Shown here: positions 23,625 through 36,076 of the stretch, in pieces
Position numbering within the stretch: the stretch's first letter is position 1
Layout: the number at the start of each line of letters is the position of its first letter
Source of the DNA: Octopus sinensis
Taxonomy: Eukaryota
Assembly: GCF_006345805.1 (NCBI RefSeq)
Contig: NC_043020.1
Location: forward strand, 20,460,001-20,524,000
DNA length: 64,000 nt
Reading direction: 5' to 3'
Notes under the pieces: model-generated
Told to the model about the DNA's origin: nothing
Databases searched by the model: none
What the model saw: only the letters and a program-made list of their open reading frames with translations
Program-made: the position numbers and the translations under genes

Positions 23625-24532
23625 TACAAGATGCCACTATGAAAAGTTGCTAAATAAAGAGAATGAATGGGAGAAAGAGAGTCTGCTGAATGCCGACCTA
23701 ATAGAGGGACCAGCTATCGAAACTGACAGTGCCTTGACAGATAAAGCAATTAAGGGTATGAAGATAGGGAAAGCACCCGGTCCATCAGGAATCACTGCAG
23801 AGATGCTCAAAATATCTGGCAGTGTTGGCTATAGCCTAGTCACCTGTATAGTCAACCAGGTGATACATGAAGGAGTCATACCCAATGACTAGTATAGCAG
23901 CACCATAGTCAACTGCTACAAAGGTAAAGGTGATGCATTAGATACAAATAATTACAGAGGTATCAGGCTGTTGGATCAGGTAATGAAGGTTACATAGAGG
24001 GTTGTAGCCTAACTAATTAGGGAGAGGGTCAGTCTAGAGGAGATGCAGTTTTGGTATGTGCCAGGGTGAAGCACCACTGATGCTATACTTCTGGTAAGAC
24101 AGCTGCAGGAGAAATACCTAGCCAAAGGTAAACCCCTGTACCTGGCTTTTGTTGGCATGGAGAAAGCCTTTGACAGGGTCTCCCGATCCCTTATCTGGTA
24201 GTCAATGAGGAAACTAGGGATAGATGAATGGTTAGTGAGAGCTGTGCAAGCCATCTACAGGGACTGTCAGTAAGGTGAGGGTTGGCAACAAGTAAAGTGA
24301 AGAGTTCCAGGTAGAGGTCTACCAAGGTTCAGTCCTCAGCCCTCCCCTATTTATCATAGTCTTCCAGGCAATGACAGAGGAATTCAAGACAGGATACCCC
24401 TGGGAGCTCCTCTATGCTGATGACCTTGCTCTTATTGCTGAGTCACTATCAGAACTAGAGGAGAAGTTTCAGGTGTGGAAACAAGGATTAGAATCGAAAG
24501 GCTTAAGAGTCAACCTAGCTAAAACCAAAGGT
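23625..24532 (+). mobile_element. RTE reverse-transcriptase fragment
   Basis: KAPGPSGITAEMLK, NYRGIRLL, MEKAFDRV, QGSVLSP, LLYADDLALIAES. Confidence 0.9.
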
Positions 24533-24728
24533 ATAAACATTAGCAGAAACATACCTTTAGTTCATATAAATGATATCTAACATCCTATATAATTTGAACA
24601 TTGATTTTCTTCTAACATTTACTTCCACTACATATATCAAATTCCAAGCCTTTAAGCTTTTATTTTAATTCACATATCGCTCTATATTTCTCCTTTTTCT
24701 GCTTATATCTTTGCATTTATATATAACT

Positions 24729-26665
24729 AAGATCAGTGAGATATTGAATGACCAGTCCAAAAATGTCTTTACCACCCCGTTGGAGCACAGACAAGAGAAC
24801 GAACCAGGGATTTCTTTGCCGCGTCACCTATAACCAGCGAGGCAGTTACAATGGAATACATTGACATTAGCAAAGAAGATATACTACTAGCCATAGATGA
24901 AGTGGGCACAAACTCAACTGCTGGTCCTGATGGTTTCCCAGCAATGCTCCTCAAAGCGTGTAAGCATGCCCTGGCAAAACCCCTCAAGATTCTCTTCCAG
25001 AGCTTTCTTACAAATGGCAAACTGCCAAGCAAGCTGAAGGAGGGAATAATATGCCCAATACATAAAGGGGGAAGTAGAGCAGATGCCAAAAACTATAGGC
25101 CTATCTCTCTGACTTCACACATCAGCAAAGTCACGGAACGGATAGTCAGAGGGAAACTAATTGCATTCCTTGAGGAAAATAACTTGCTGAGTGATACCCA
25201 GCATGGTTTTCGACCAGGTAAGAGCTGCCTGACCCAGCTCTTACAACATTATGACTGGGTGTTGAAGCAGTTACTCAACAAATCAAATGTGGAGAAGGAC
25301 ATCAAGCTCAAAATGGTCAGTGGCAAGAGAGGAAGAGGCCGACCAAGAACCCGCTGACTTGACACCAGCAAGAGTGATGCCGGAATGGACATAGCCAATC
25401 TGAAAGAAGTGGCCCAGGATAGAACTGACTGGAGGACACTGATCCAACGAGTGACCGAGAGTCGACTTCGACTGAGCGGATATAGAAAGATAGAGCGTGA
25501 CCTCGGCATAGCTGGAAAACTTGGAGTGTGGTTACATGACTTCCTGAAAGATAGGAGTCAGGCAGTAGTGGTTAATGGAGCCACCTCTATGAACACACAA
25601 ATAGTGAGCAGTGTTCCACAGGGCACTGTCTTGGGACCACTGCTTTTTATAGTGGCCCTCTCAGATATGCCCTCAAATGCCCGGATAGCCACTCTGGCAA
25701 GCTATGCAGATAATATGAAAGTCTCATAGAAAATACAGAACCCCAGCGATGTTGCACACCTGCAGCAGGAGTTGGACTCAATCTACAGATGGGCAGAGGA
25801 TAATAATATGCAGTTTAATGCTGAAAAATTCCAGGCTCTGCGCTACCAGCATCCAAAACTGAATATTAAACTTACAGGGTACACCGGTCCATAGGTAATT
25901 TCAATCCCAGAGCCTATGTCTGTGAGGGACCTGGGTATCGACATGAGTGATGATACCTCTTTCCAAGTGCACATTACCAAGATGGCGACAAAGTGCAAAC
26001 GACTGGCTGGATGGATCCTAAGAACATTCAGAACCATAGATAAGGAAACCATGATGGTCCTCTGGTGGACATTCATCCTCAGCCGCCTGGATTACTGCTC
26101 ACAGCTATGGTCACCCACCAGTGTGAAATTAACAGCGGACCTTGAAGCAATCCAGAGAAGATTCACAAAGAAGATCATCTCTTTGCAACAGCTCAGCTAC
26201 TGGGAAAGGTTGAAACAGCTAAGACTCTACTCCCTGGAGAGAAGACGGGAGAGGTATGCAGTAATATATATCTGGAAGATCCTGGAAGGAATTGTGCCAA
26301 ATTTTGGCACTGAAAGCTACACCAATGCTAGAACAGGATAACATTGCATAGTGCCAAAGATCCCAGCAATGCGATCACGCTTCAGGACCAGCTACTGCAA
26401 CAGCCTGGAATTCAAGAGCCCACAGCTTTTTAATATTTTCCCAAAGAGTCTGAGGAACTTGCACAAAGTAGATGTAGCAGTTTTTAAATCAAAGCTGGAA
26501 CTCTTCCTGTCGAGAGTCCCAGATGAACCTACCTCACAGCAAGAGTTGCAAATGAGGGTAGCTATATCAAACTCCATTCTTCACCAAGTGCCACATATTA
26601 CAGGAGGCTCTTAGTAATAACAGTGTAGCACAAAACGGCGGTGCATCAGCATGGCTGCAGCTCTT
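24729..26665 (+). mobile_element. CR1-group LINE, RT to 3' UTR
   Basis: STAGPDGFP, NYRPISLTSHISK, QHGFRPGKSCLTQLL, VPQGTVLGPLLF, YADN, RDLGI, RLDYCSQLWSP, YSLERRRERY. Confidence 0.92.
25289..25495 (+). mobile_element. Short RTE 3' end inserted in the CR1 RT
   Basis: KMVSGKRGRGRPRTR*LDT..VAQDRTDWRTLIQRVTESRLRLSG followed by a gata/gaaa tail. Confidence 0.85.
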
Positions 26666-27323
26666 TCAGAAGACATGAAACATTCTAGTTTCATGTCAAT
26701 GTCTGGTGTGGAGAGACATTCTGGCCAGTCCTCTCTGAGGATCTCTTTTTGGATCGATTTCCAATCTGCTTTGTGGAAGTTCAGATTGGAGAGATTTCGG
26801 GTGCTTCCTTTAGGCTGTATGTCTCTGGTTACTTTTGGCCCAAACATAGACAGCTCTATTATGATGTGATCCGAAACTGATGTCGGTGTCACTTTCACAT
26901 CATGAATGATGTCCATATTGTTCATGAAGCAGAGATCCAGAATGTTATTCGCCCTAGTTGTCTTGAGTACAACTTGCTCCATGAATAAGGCATTGGTGAA
27001 GTTGAGCAGGGACTCCACCTGTACTTGCTTGCAATGATTCATTCCTGAGAGTATGTGACCTTCGGGCCATTTGACGTTGGGGAAGTTGAAATCACCCATA
27101 AGAAATATGGTCACGTGGTGTTCCAGATTCATGAGGATTTCTTTAATTCTTGTGAGGCAATCTTCAAACTTGCCTATGTGACTTGGGGCATCCGGTGGGC
27201 AATATGTATTGCATATGACTATATTATGTTGTCTTATGTATACAATTAAAGCGTCACATTTGAGTATGTCATTAAGACCTGGGGTGTGAGGTCATCTCGG
27301 ATGTATACAGCAACTCCACCATG
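26666..27323 (-). mobile_element. CR1-group AP-endonuclease fragment in inverted orientation
   Basis: [46 protein letters not shown]. Confidence 0.9.
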
Positions 27324-27334
27324 GCTCCTTTCCC

Positions 27335-27441
27335 TATATATATATATAAATATATTTCTTTCTGTAAATATATAAATATATATATATATATATGTATATA
27401 TAATATATTTATATACATATATACATATATATACATATATT

Positions 27442-27482
<41 letters not shown>

Positions 27483-27540
27483 CATATATATATATAAATA
27501 TATTATATACATATATACATATATATATATATAATATATT

Positions 27541-27582
<42 letters not shown>

Positions 27583-27847
27583 ATATATATATATATATAT
27601 ATATAAATATATTTATATACATATATACATATATATATATATATAAAAATATATTTATATACATATATATACTATATATATATATATTATATATAAATAT
27701 ATTTATATACATATATACATATATATAAATATATAAATATATTTATATACATATATACATATATATAAATATTTTATATACATATATACATATATATAAA
27801 TATATTTATATACATATATACATATATATATATATAAATATTTTTAT

Positions 27848-27880
<33 letters not shown>

Positions 27881-28003
27881 TATATACATATATACATATA
27901 TATACATATATACATACATATATATACACATATATACATATATATATACATATATACATATATATACATATATATACATATATACATATATATACATATA
28001 TAC

Positions 28004-28046
<43 letters not shown>

Positions 28047-28119
28047 CGTGACATATATTTGCCATTTCAATATGGCTACCCCTAAGGGTGGATGCTACTG
28101 TAGTTTTTAGCCCCAGGAG

Positions 28120-28161
<42 letters not shown>

Positions 28162-28225
28162 TATATACATATATACATACATACATATATACATATATTT
28201 ATATACATATACATACATATATAGT
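27335..28225. repeat. Very long compound (TA)n/(TACA)n tract with higher-order units
   Basis: About 900 bp nearly pure A/T with recurring atataaatatatttatatacatatatacat blocks. Confidence 0.95.
28044..28120 (+). repeat. Fragment related to the arm of the 408-816 inverted repeat
   Basis: gccatttcaatatggctacc..gctactgtagtttttagccccaggag versus gccatcttatcatggttaacc..gttactgtagctttatagccccaagag; both begin taat after (TA)n. Confidence 0.65.
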
Positions 28226-28569
28226 GATCGTTTCTGCTCACATTGCCTCCGCTTAAATTAAGAAGTGGAATATAGCTCATTTGGAGCACAACAACTCCAG
28301 TCTGTATTATATTTTGAGTATTGTTATTACTAGCTATCTCAAGATATAACTGTGTATTTTGTATTTCATACATATATATATATATTATATATATATATAT
28401 ATGCATATGTACTTGTACCCATACAAACACATACATGTATGCATACATACATATATATGTAAACAAGAACACAAGTGCATAAACATAGTGTCACACCGGC
28501 ACACACCGAGAAGATAAACATACATGAAATACCTAAAGAAAAAAACAAACAAAAAATGGAAGAGGTAAT

Positions 28570-29130
28570 CAATAAAACTATTTAAGGCTAATGAAGAGAA
28601 ATTTGGACATATGCTTACAAGAAAAAAACTCTTTCAGCTCTCAAATTTAAGACAATCGTTCATTTTCATAATTATATAAGACTCCTCTAGGCATAGTGGA
28701 CAAGTTCTATTAAGAAACAATATTCCAAAACTGAGAAATTTATGTCATCTCTTTTGAGTTGCCATACCTTTTTGGATAAACTAGTACTATTTTCTTTCTG
28801 AGGATCATTAAAAATTGACTTATGATTATTCAAATGTAATTTAAAAGGGGTCTCTGTGTGCAACCTATATAATGGAACCTAGAGAGATCAAGTGTAGTAA
28901 TAGTGGCTTTATATACATTTTTCATTTTACAATTACCTTTAACCTCACAGGTGTTAGGGTTTCTACAGCTACAATTGTTACCAATATTAGGCTCACTGTT
29001 GTTATGTGTATATGTATTGGTAGAGATAGAGTTTGCGTGGTTATGGGGATCATTGGTAGAAGATATAGGGCTATTTGAATAAATGGGGTTACATTGAACT
29101 CTATAAACACACGTGGCCTTGTTTACACTG
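28570..29130 (-). mobile_element. Penelope-like element, GIY-YIG C-terminal remnant
   Basis: My translation (not in the ORF track): NCSCRNPNTCEVKGNCKMKNVYKATI..HYIGCTQ/PFKLHLNNHKSIF..TSLSKKVWQLK/..CPLCLEE..CKHMSKF, with frameshifts. Confidence 0.85.
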
Positions 29131-29399
29131 TATTTTGTCTAGAACGGTGTTTATTATTATTATTTTTTTTAACACATCTATTAGATTCTTACACTTGCAT
29201 ACACATTGATATATTCTTATTTTTCTTTTTCGTTTCTCTCACTATTATTATTGTTTATATCATTATTTTTCCTATTCTCAACTTGGTTTGTAAATTATCC
29301 GATTTCTCTTATTACCCCATCTGTGTTCTCTTATTGTATCTTATTTTATTTTTATTTCATTTGTTTCATCTTATTAAACTTTTCTGATGTTCTTCAAAA

Positions 29400-29554
29400 G
29401 ATTCCTCACTGATGAGAATGACAATGCATAAATTAAATTTTTAATTTTATTTTTATCTTATATTTTTATTTTCAATTCTAATTCAAATCACTATGGTTTA
29501 ATTTTTTTCTTACATTTTTGCATTGTTTTTCGAAACGTATGTATGCATTGAATT
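29400..29554 (+). ncRNA. Type I hammerhead ribozyme motif with greatly extended helix II
   Basis: CUGAUGA 29409-15; helix II 29416-32/29515-31 (14 WC + 1 GU + 2 UU, G10.1-C11.1); GAAA 29532-35; short helix III; GUA 29541-43; weak helix I. Confidence 0.65.
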
Positions 29555-30042
29555 CAGTTTTATAATATATCTATTTCTGATTCAACATCTTTTCTGCATT
29601 TTTAATACTTGTTTAAATAAATATATATATTTACATATATGAATATATATATTTATAAAATACACTGCTTTATTTTGAGATTGCTAGTGTTAACAATACT
29701 TGCAAATAAAATACAGACTGTTCCGCTTAATAATATCAATGGAGGCAATGCAAGCGGAAACTAGAGGAACATAATTAATAACCACACTCAAAATCAAATA
29801 TATGCAAATATTCTTCTACATTTATAAAATGGATATAAAAATTCCAAATATATAAATATAAAAATAAATATAAATATGATACATAAACCACAGTGAATTT
29901 TAGATTTAAAAGTTACAATATATTGGTGTAAGAAAAATTTGAGATGATAAAACATTAAAAGGACGTACTAAAATACCTCGAAAATATTACAAAAATTTAA
30001 AAATTCCATCTAGGGCCATTTCACAGATGTGCCAAGTAATAT

Positions 30043-30066
30043 GATATATTTCACTCCCCTCATCAG
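30043..30066 (-). ncRNA. Hammerhead core remnant with collapsed helix II
   Basis: Minus strand CUGAUGA-GGGGAGU-GAAA-UAUA-UC: both core boxes, palindromic helix III and AUC triplet, but no helix II pairing and poor helix I. Confidence 0.4.
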
Positions 30067-30799
30067 GATGTTTTTACACAATACAGAAAAACCAAATACA
30101 GAAGGCTGCACCAGGCCAGTCAGATCTGGCAGTGTTTTTACAGCTTACCATTATATTAATATAATACTATATTATTGTTTATATAATTTTTCTTTGTGTA
30201 ATTATAAATAAATGAAAAGTATTGCATATGAATAAATCATTAGTTATAATATTAGAAGTGGTTTCTCTCAAACATGCATATGCACATTTAGAGAATGAAT
30301 ATTTATTTACATGTTTAATTACCATCTCTAGATTAAGGAAGACCCTGATAATTAATTAATTTATATACTTATATATTGTTGTTGCATGTTATTAAAATAG
30401 CCAAAGATTGTCTTCGACCTAAAGGAATTTGGATTAATATTATTTGAGAAACATAGAAATATATTTCGATAGTTGTAGACTCTATTTACTTAATTATTTT
30501 GTCCGTTATAATTTTTTTGAATTTTTTAACTGTAATTGTTATGTAGTTGCAAAGTTAACACTCACGTTCCTAAACATAGATATTTGAATATTTTTTTTGC
30601 AATCTAGCTGTCCTTTCACATAGAATTTGAACCGAAGCCCTGAAGAGACTTATATAAATGGATACGAATTGTTTATAAATCAAATAATATATATAAGTTG
30701 AAACAAATTGTTGGCTTTTTTGTTTTTTAATAATTTTTTATGTTATATTATATTCATAGTATATTATATATATATATATATATATATTTAAGTAGGTGA

Positions 30800-31260
30800 A
30801 TGAATTATCCTATGTTTATCGTCAGCATGGAAAATTCGTTTAACCGAAACCTGGGTAGTAAATTCACGTCAGAAACACGGTTGAAGCGACCTGTCAAGGG
30901 TAGAAACTCTGGGTTCATGTGTAGAAATTTGTGTGTTGTATATGAATAAATGAAAGAATGGAGTTGAACGAAGATGTTAACAAAATTCCTTTACTCTCGG
31001 CACATGTTTCGAAGACAGCATGTTTTCATTCCAAAGGAATAAAGGGTACATTATGCAATCTTCTCATCAGGAAAGAAAGGGAGCCTCTCTCGACAACAAG
31101 ACAAACAAAAATTTTGATGATTGCCTACATGGTAAACAAAGCGATAATGAGTGTTTTTTTAAAACCGTTAGAAGAATTGACGTCAAAAAGAGATAGTAGG
31201 AAGAGAAGGGATAAAGTAATAATAGGTAGGGAACAAGTGGAGAGGGAAGGGTATGTATCT
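30800..31260. promoter_or_regulatory. CpG-retaining promoter-like region with CRE sites
   Basis: About 13 CpG in 30800-31200, far above most unique flanks; TGACGTCA 31178-85, CACGTCA 30865-71, forkhead-like GTAAACA; not recognisably TE-derived. Confidence 0.4.
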
Positions 31261-31365
31261 CTTAGATACCCTAAATTATAATTTTAATAATAATTATTAC
31301 CAATGAAGGTTTTTATTCCCATGCTGGCCACTTGATAAGATCGATATTAAATAACGATCTTATCC

Positions 31366-31411
<46 letters not shown>

Positions 31412-32310
31412 TCAATTGTGTATGCATGTGTTGGATGGCTGCACCTCTGAATAAGGATTGATAAAGTATAGAGAAGAACCTCTAATCCTCCTGCAATGGA
31501 ACAAATATACTTGTACTGGTGGTACAGTAAAATGTACTGAGTTTTCAAAGTAAGCCTTGCATGACAATGACATTCGTTAGTTTTCTCTGTTTCAGTGTGT
31601 GCAAGATGTTATGACCTGCAACAATTGACAACCTGTCCAGCATGGAAAAACTGTTGTAATATTATTATGGTAATGAAGCTGGAATTGATGATGGTGATGA
31701 AAGTTTGAAAGGGAATAAAGCTGGTAATTACTAACCTCTGAAATGCTTTCACTATGTAAGTAGTAAAATAATATCCTGCAAAAAAGAAAAAAGAAAAAAA
31801 TCAATGCTTTGACTGTAACAAAAAAAAAAAACAAAAAACAGAAACATTGTAATTTTAACTATTACAATAACAGGAAGAGCAGCAACAACAATAGCAGGGG
31901 CAGAAAGAATAGCAGGAGCAGGAGCAGCAGCAACATTGACTATGGTGACAGTGGTGGTACTGCTGTTGCTGCTGCTAAATCTACTTCCTCTCTGTTTACA
32001 TCAATAAGAAAGGTCTACATAACACCATCTTATAATAATTATGATTGTCATTACATTACTTAGCCCGTTGGTAACACTTTCATGTGATTAGAGAAAAAGA
32101 GGGAGAAAGAAAAGAGGGAGAGAGAAAAAGAGGATAAGGTGAAGAGTGAGGTAGAAAGAGAGAAAGAAAAAGAGGGAATGAGAAATGTCTATAATATGGT
32201 AGGTAGAACAATATTTATTACGTACTTAAAAAAGTTAGTTGAAGGTAGTGATATGGAGGAGAGTTAGGAATATAATTTTAGCAGAGGGGTGATGTTCTGA
32301 TGGTGAGATT

Positions 32311-32389
<79 letters not shown>

Positions 32390-32444
32390 CAGTTGTTAGT
32401 GCATAATGAAAAGTAATTTTTTAAAACTGAACTAAGTGTTTTAT

Positions 32445-33226
32445 ATCACCTATAACTTAATGCATGTTCATCCCAAACTTGCCCTTCATCTTAGAAAGAA
32501 GCCATTTTCCCATTTGCCTGTCATTATGCAATGACTATCAATAAATCACAAAGGCAGACATATGATAAAGTGGGGCTGTTCTTGTCCGAACTTGTATTCA
32601 GCCATGGTCAGCTATATGTTGCATTCTCAAGGGCTTGCAAATTATCTGATGTGAGAGTTAAAGTTATCAATATTGACAAACAAGGGAAAAGAAGTGTGAG
32701 AACTTACACAAAGAACATAGAAGTATTGGATTGAAAGGTGTATGTAAACTGAAATGTGTATTGCCTCTGACCCACTGCCTTGGCTTATAAGTTACCAACG
32801 ATGAAGTTTTCAGAGTATGCCATGTTGCATTAAATTTTTACTCCTGTCAAAGTGTGACCCCTATATTTTACATATAAAATAATTTTTTAACTATAAAATT
32901 TTGTTTTCTAGATATGAAATTGTGACCATGTAAATTTTAAAATGTAATTTTTTCTGTTTTGGGGGAAAATATGAGTGAATATTTATTTCATGAGTGATGT
33001 ATATTAAATCTATAAAATTGGGCATAAAATATATAAAGTATATATATAAAATGCATTATAATCATCATATTCCAATTTCCATCACTTTTCAATGATTAAC
33101 ATATGAGCGACTATCTTTTGATATAAACACAACACAGGTTACGCTTTCAGGTTTTTGGATAAAGTTTCCAGGAGTAACCCAGTAGGTTTGCCATTAACTC
33201 CTGGAAATATTCATGGGTCTCACTAG
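32445..33226 (+). mobile_element. Helitron 3' end (PIF1-type helicase C-terminus plus terminus)
   Basis: [42 protein letters not shown] (32510-32734); 11-bp hairpin 33165-75/33197-207; CTAG 33223-26 followed by T. Confidence 0.85.
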
Positions 33227-35631
33227 TTTCAATTATTTGTCTTGATCCTGTATTATCCCAAATACTGAACCCAATATCCCCATGGCTGTCTTAACAGTTT
33301 CTACTTTTAGTCAAATTTACTTGGGTCTACTTTTGTCTGTGGAATTAAGAAGTTTGTTTCACATCTATGTATTTTTGGGCTCAATCCCACTGTGCAACAT
33401 TTTGTTTTCCATTATAACTTTGGATCAACTCAAGTGCTGAATTATATTTAGTAGATGGAAACTGTGTAGAAGCCCACTGGAAGAACTGTTTTTGCTGTTG
33501 GTTGACACAATCTATTGCCCTGCTTAACATCACCACTTTCCCCTCCGTCCAAGTTAAGAATAACTTCCTCAATTTATCCTGCTCAATTTGTCATGGACAC
33601 TGTTCTTTCTTTTCTGACTAAACCACTAAAAAAATCTATCACTTTGTGTCAAAGAAGAAACCTTTATATAGTCATTCGACTTGCTAAAAATAGGAAACAA
33701 ATCTGCTTCAAATTATACTCTACAAGCTTAAAAAAAAAGGAAGGAAACATGGAATAATGTGCCTGTAAAAATGATGGACGGCCACAGCTAGAACATCTAC
33801 GATGAAACATTTTCTTGATCAGGGCTGATCTGGTAGAACAAATGTAGAGTATTTTTATTTGAGAGTACTTTTTTCACAATAATGGTTCACATTTCCCCCC
33901 GATATACATCAGCAAAAGATATATAGATACATATATTTATAGACACATGTACAATGAGCTTCCCCAGTTTCCATTAATCAAATCCAACATCATCTGTTTG
34001 AGGTTACTGTGTAAGACACTTGGCCCAGTGGAACTGAACCCGAAAGTATATGAATCTGAAGTAAACTTCTTAACCAGAATATTATAGAAAACTCTTTAAT
34101 GCCAATATAACAACAAATTTTCAAACTTTTCATACCATTTATTTTGAACCTTTCTAATAAAGATCTCTTATTTATTACTCCACTGATCAATTTAGCTTGG
34201 CGTATTTACAATGCTGAACTCAGCAGTGTAAATTTGATATTCAAAATTAAGTAACATCTTTTAAGTTTTCAAATCAATTTTTAACACATGACTCAGAGTC
34301 ACATGATTTATGGGAGGAGTATAATCAGTGAAATCACCCTCCCACTATTTAACTGATATTTTATCAGCCTCAGCAGAATGAAAGGTAAATTTTACCTCTA
34401 CATGATTTTCACTCAGAATGTAAAAAACGTAACTGACATTCTAATAAATCTGACAAATCCTATATTACTGACTTTCAAGATCCAGTACAAAATATTTTTG
34501 ATACCAGTAAGATGGTTTACAGTTGACTGGGAAATTATCGGGATTTTTGAACAATGAAAGTGAAAGGTGGAGTCGATCACTATTAAGTATATCCATGAGG
34601 TGTTTAACTAACTACTGCATATCTTATTTTGGTTTGTAACCCCAGATCAAAACTGAATGACCGGATTTATGATTAAAGGCATTCCATCTCCTACCATCCT
34701 ATTGTATTTTCAGACATTGTATTCAGATATTATCCCATATATTTTTAAGGTGGTAAGTATTGATTTGAGGGAGATTTGGCTGCTATTTCCAAAAGATTGA
34801 GCAAGTATAGTGTCCCTTACTGGTTCAACTGAATATCTCTGTAGCTTTCTCTTGTCAATATAAACTGACCCCACACTAAAAAAATACTACAACATATTTC
34901 ATACTGAACTACATCAACTCTCATCTTGTTGTCCAAATGTTGCTGGTTTGTCTGTACACTGAAGCACAATAACACTTCTAAATACCAAAACAACAACATC
35001 CATAATTATACTAGATTATGAGCTGCTGCACAATTCTGAAGGAATTAGGTCCACTTTAACTCTGCTTTGACCATTACCACAACTTTTAATCAGACTAAAT
35101 GTCAAAACAGATATATCCTAGCTATGTGCTGCATAGCTCCAGGCCATGATGTATAATATAATGAAGACTACAGTTAGCTAGAACACAATCAAAAGTGACC
35201 AGAGAGGAAGCAATCTCTCAACAAGTAATTACTAATTATATTAATCACTTCCCTTTCTGTATTTGGTTTTTATGTCAGATTTCTCAAATGTTATTGTTTA
35301 GCTCCTGGTCAGCTCTGATTGAGTGCAGCAAGGATCAAAAATATTTCAGCTATGTCATCCTGTCAATTTGTTCGAAGTACAGTATGTCATGGACTATAAT
35401 ATCCTATGAGTGCTTTTTTCAAAATGGTATGTTGTTTGAAGGAGAGTTGGCTGCTATTTGTAGCAGATTGAACAACCATGTAGAGGCTAACTTGTTGCTT
35501 AGACAACTCAACACAAGTCAAGCAAGCCTATAATTAGAAACTATGTCAAACCTCAGCACAGCCCTCTGGCTTGTTAATTCATGTCAAACCATCAACCTAG
35601 GCCAGCATGATAGGGCTTGTGAGTAAGGGTG

Positions 35632-35669
<38 letters not shown>

Positions 35670-35718
35670 ATATATAATATATATATATATACCCAGAATA
35701 CAGAACATCATGGGCTTA

Positions 35719-36076
35719 GTGCAGGCATGGCCGTGCAGTTAAGAAGCTCCCTTTGCAACCACATGGTTTTGATTAAGTGTCTTCTACTATAGTCCAGGGA
35801 AGACCAAAGCCTTGTGAATGAAGTTTGTAGATGGAAACTGTGTGGAAGCCCACTCTGTGTGTGTGCGTGTGTCTTTGTGTCCATGTTTGTCCCTGGCTCC
35901 ACTGCTTGACAACTGGTGTTGGTTTGTTTATATACCCATAACTCAGTAGTTCAGCAAAAAGAATTAATAGATTAAGTACCAGATTTTAAAAAATAAGTAC
36001 TGGATTAATTTGTTTAACTAAAAATTCCATTAAGGTAATGTCCCAGGATGACTGAAACAAGTAAAAGATAAAAGAT
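35719..36076 (+). mobile_element. tRNA-derived SINE, near full length
   Basis: gcaggcatggccgtgcagttaagaagc head, gatggaaactg core, gactgaaacaagtaaaagataaaagat tail. Confidence 0.75.

Noticed and set aside
28224-28300. Minus-strand caaauga..long stem..GAAACGAUC
   Set aside because: The core 5' box has two substitutions and helix I is absent.
27503-28472. Y/I/M-rich ORFs in the track
   Set aside because: Translations of (TA)n/(TACA)n microsatellite.
30635-30675. CUGAAGA-GAC...GAA hammerhead-like string
   Set aside because: No helix II pairing and no GAAA.
30958-31281. 107-aa ORF in the promoter-like region as a protein-coding gene
   Set aside because: No recognisable domain; alternative frames look equally plausible.
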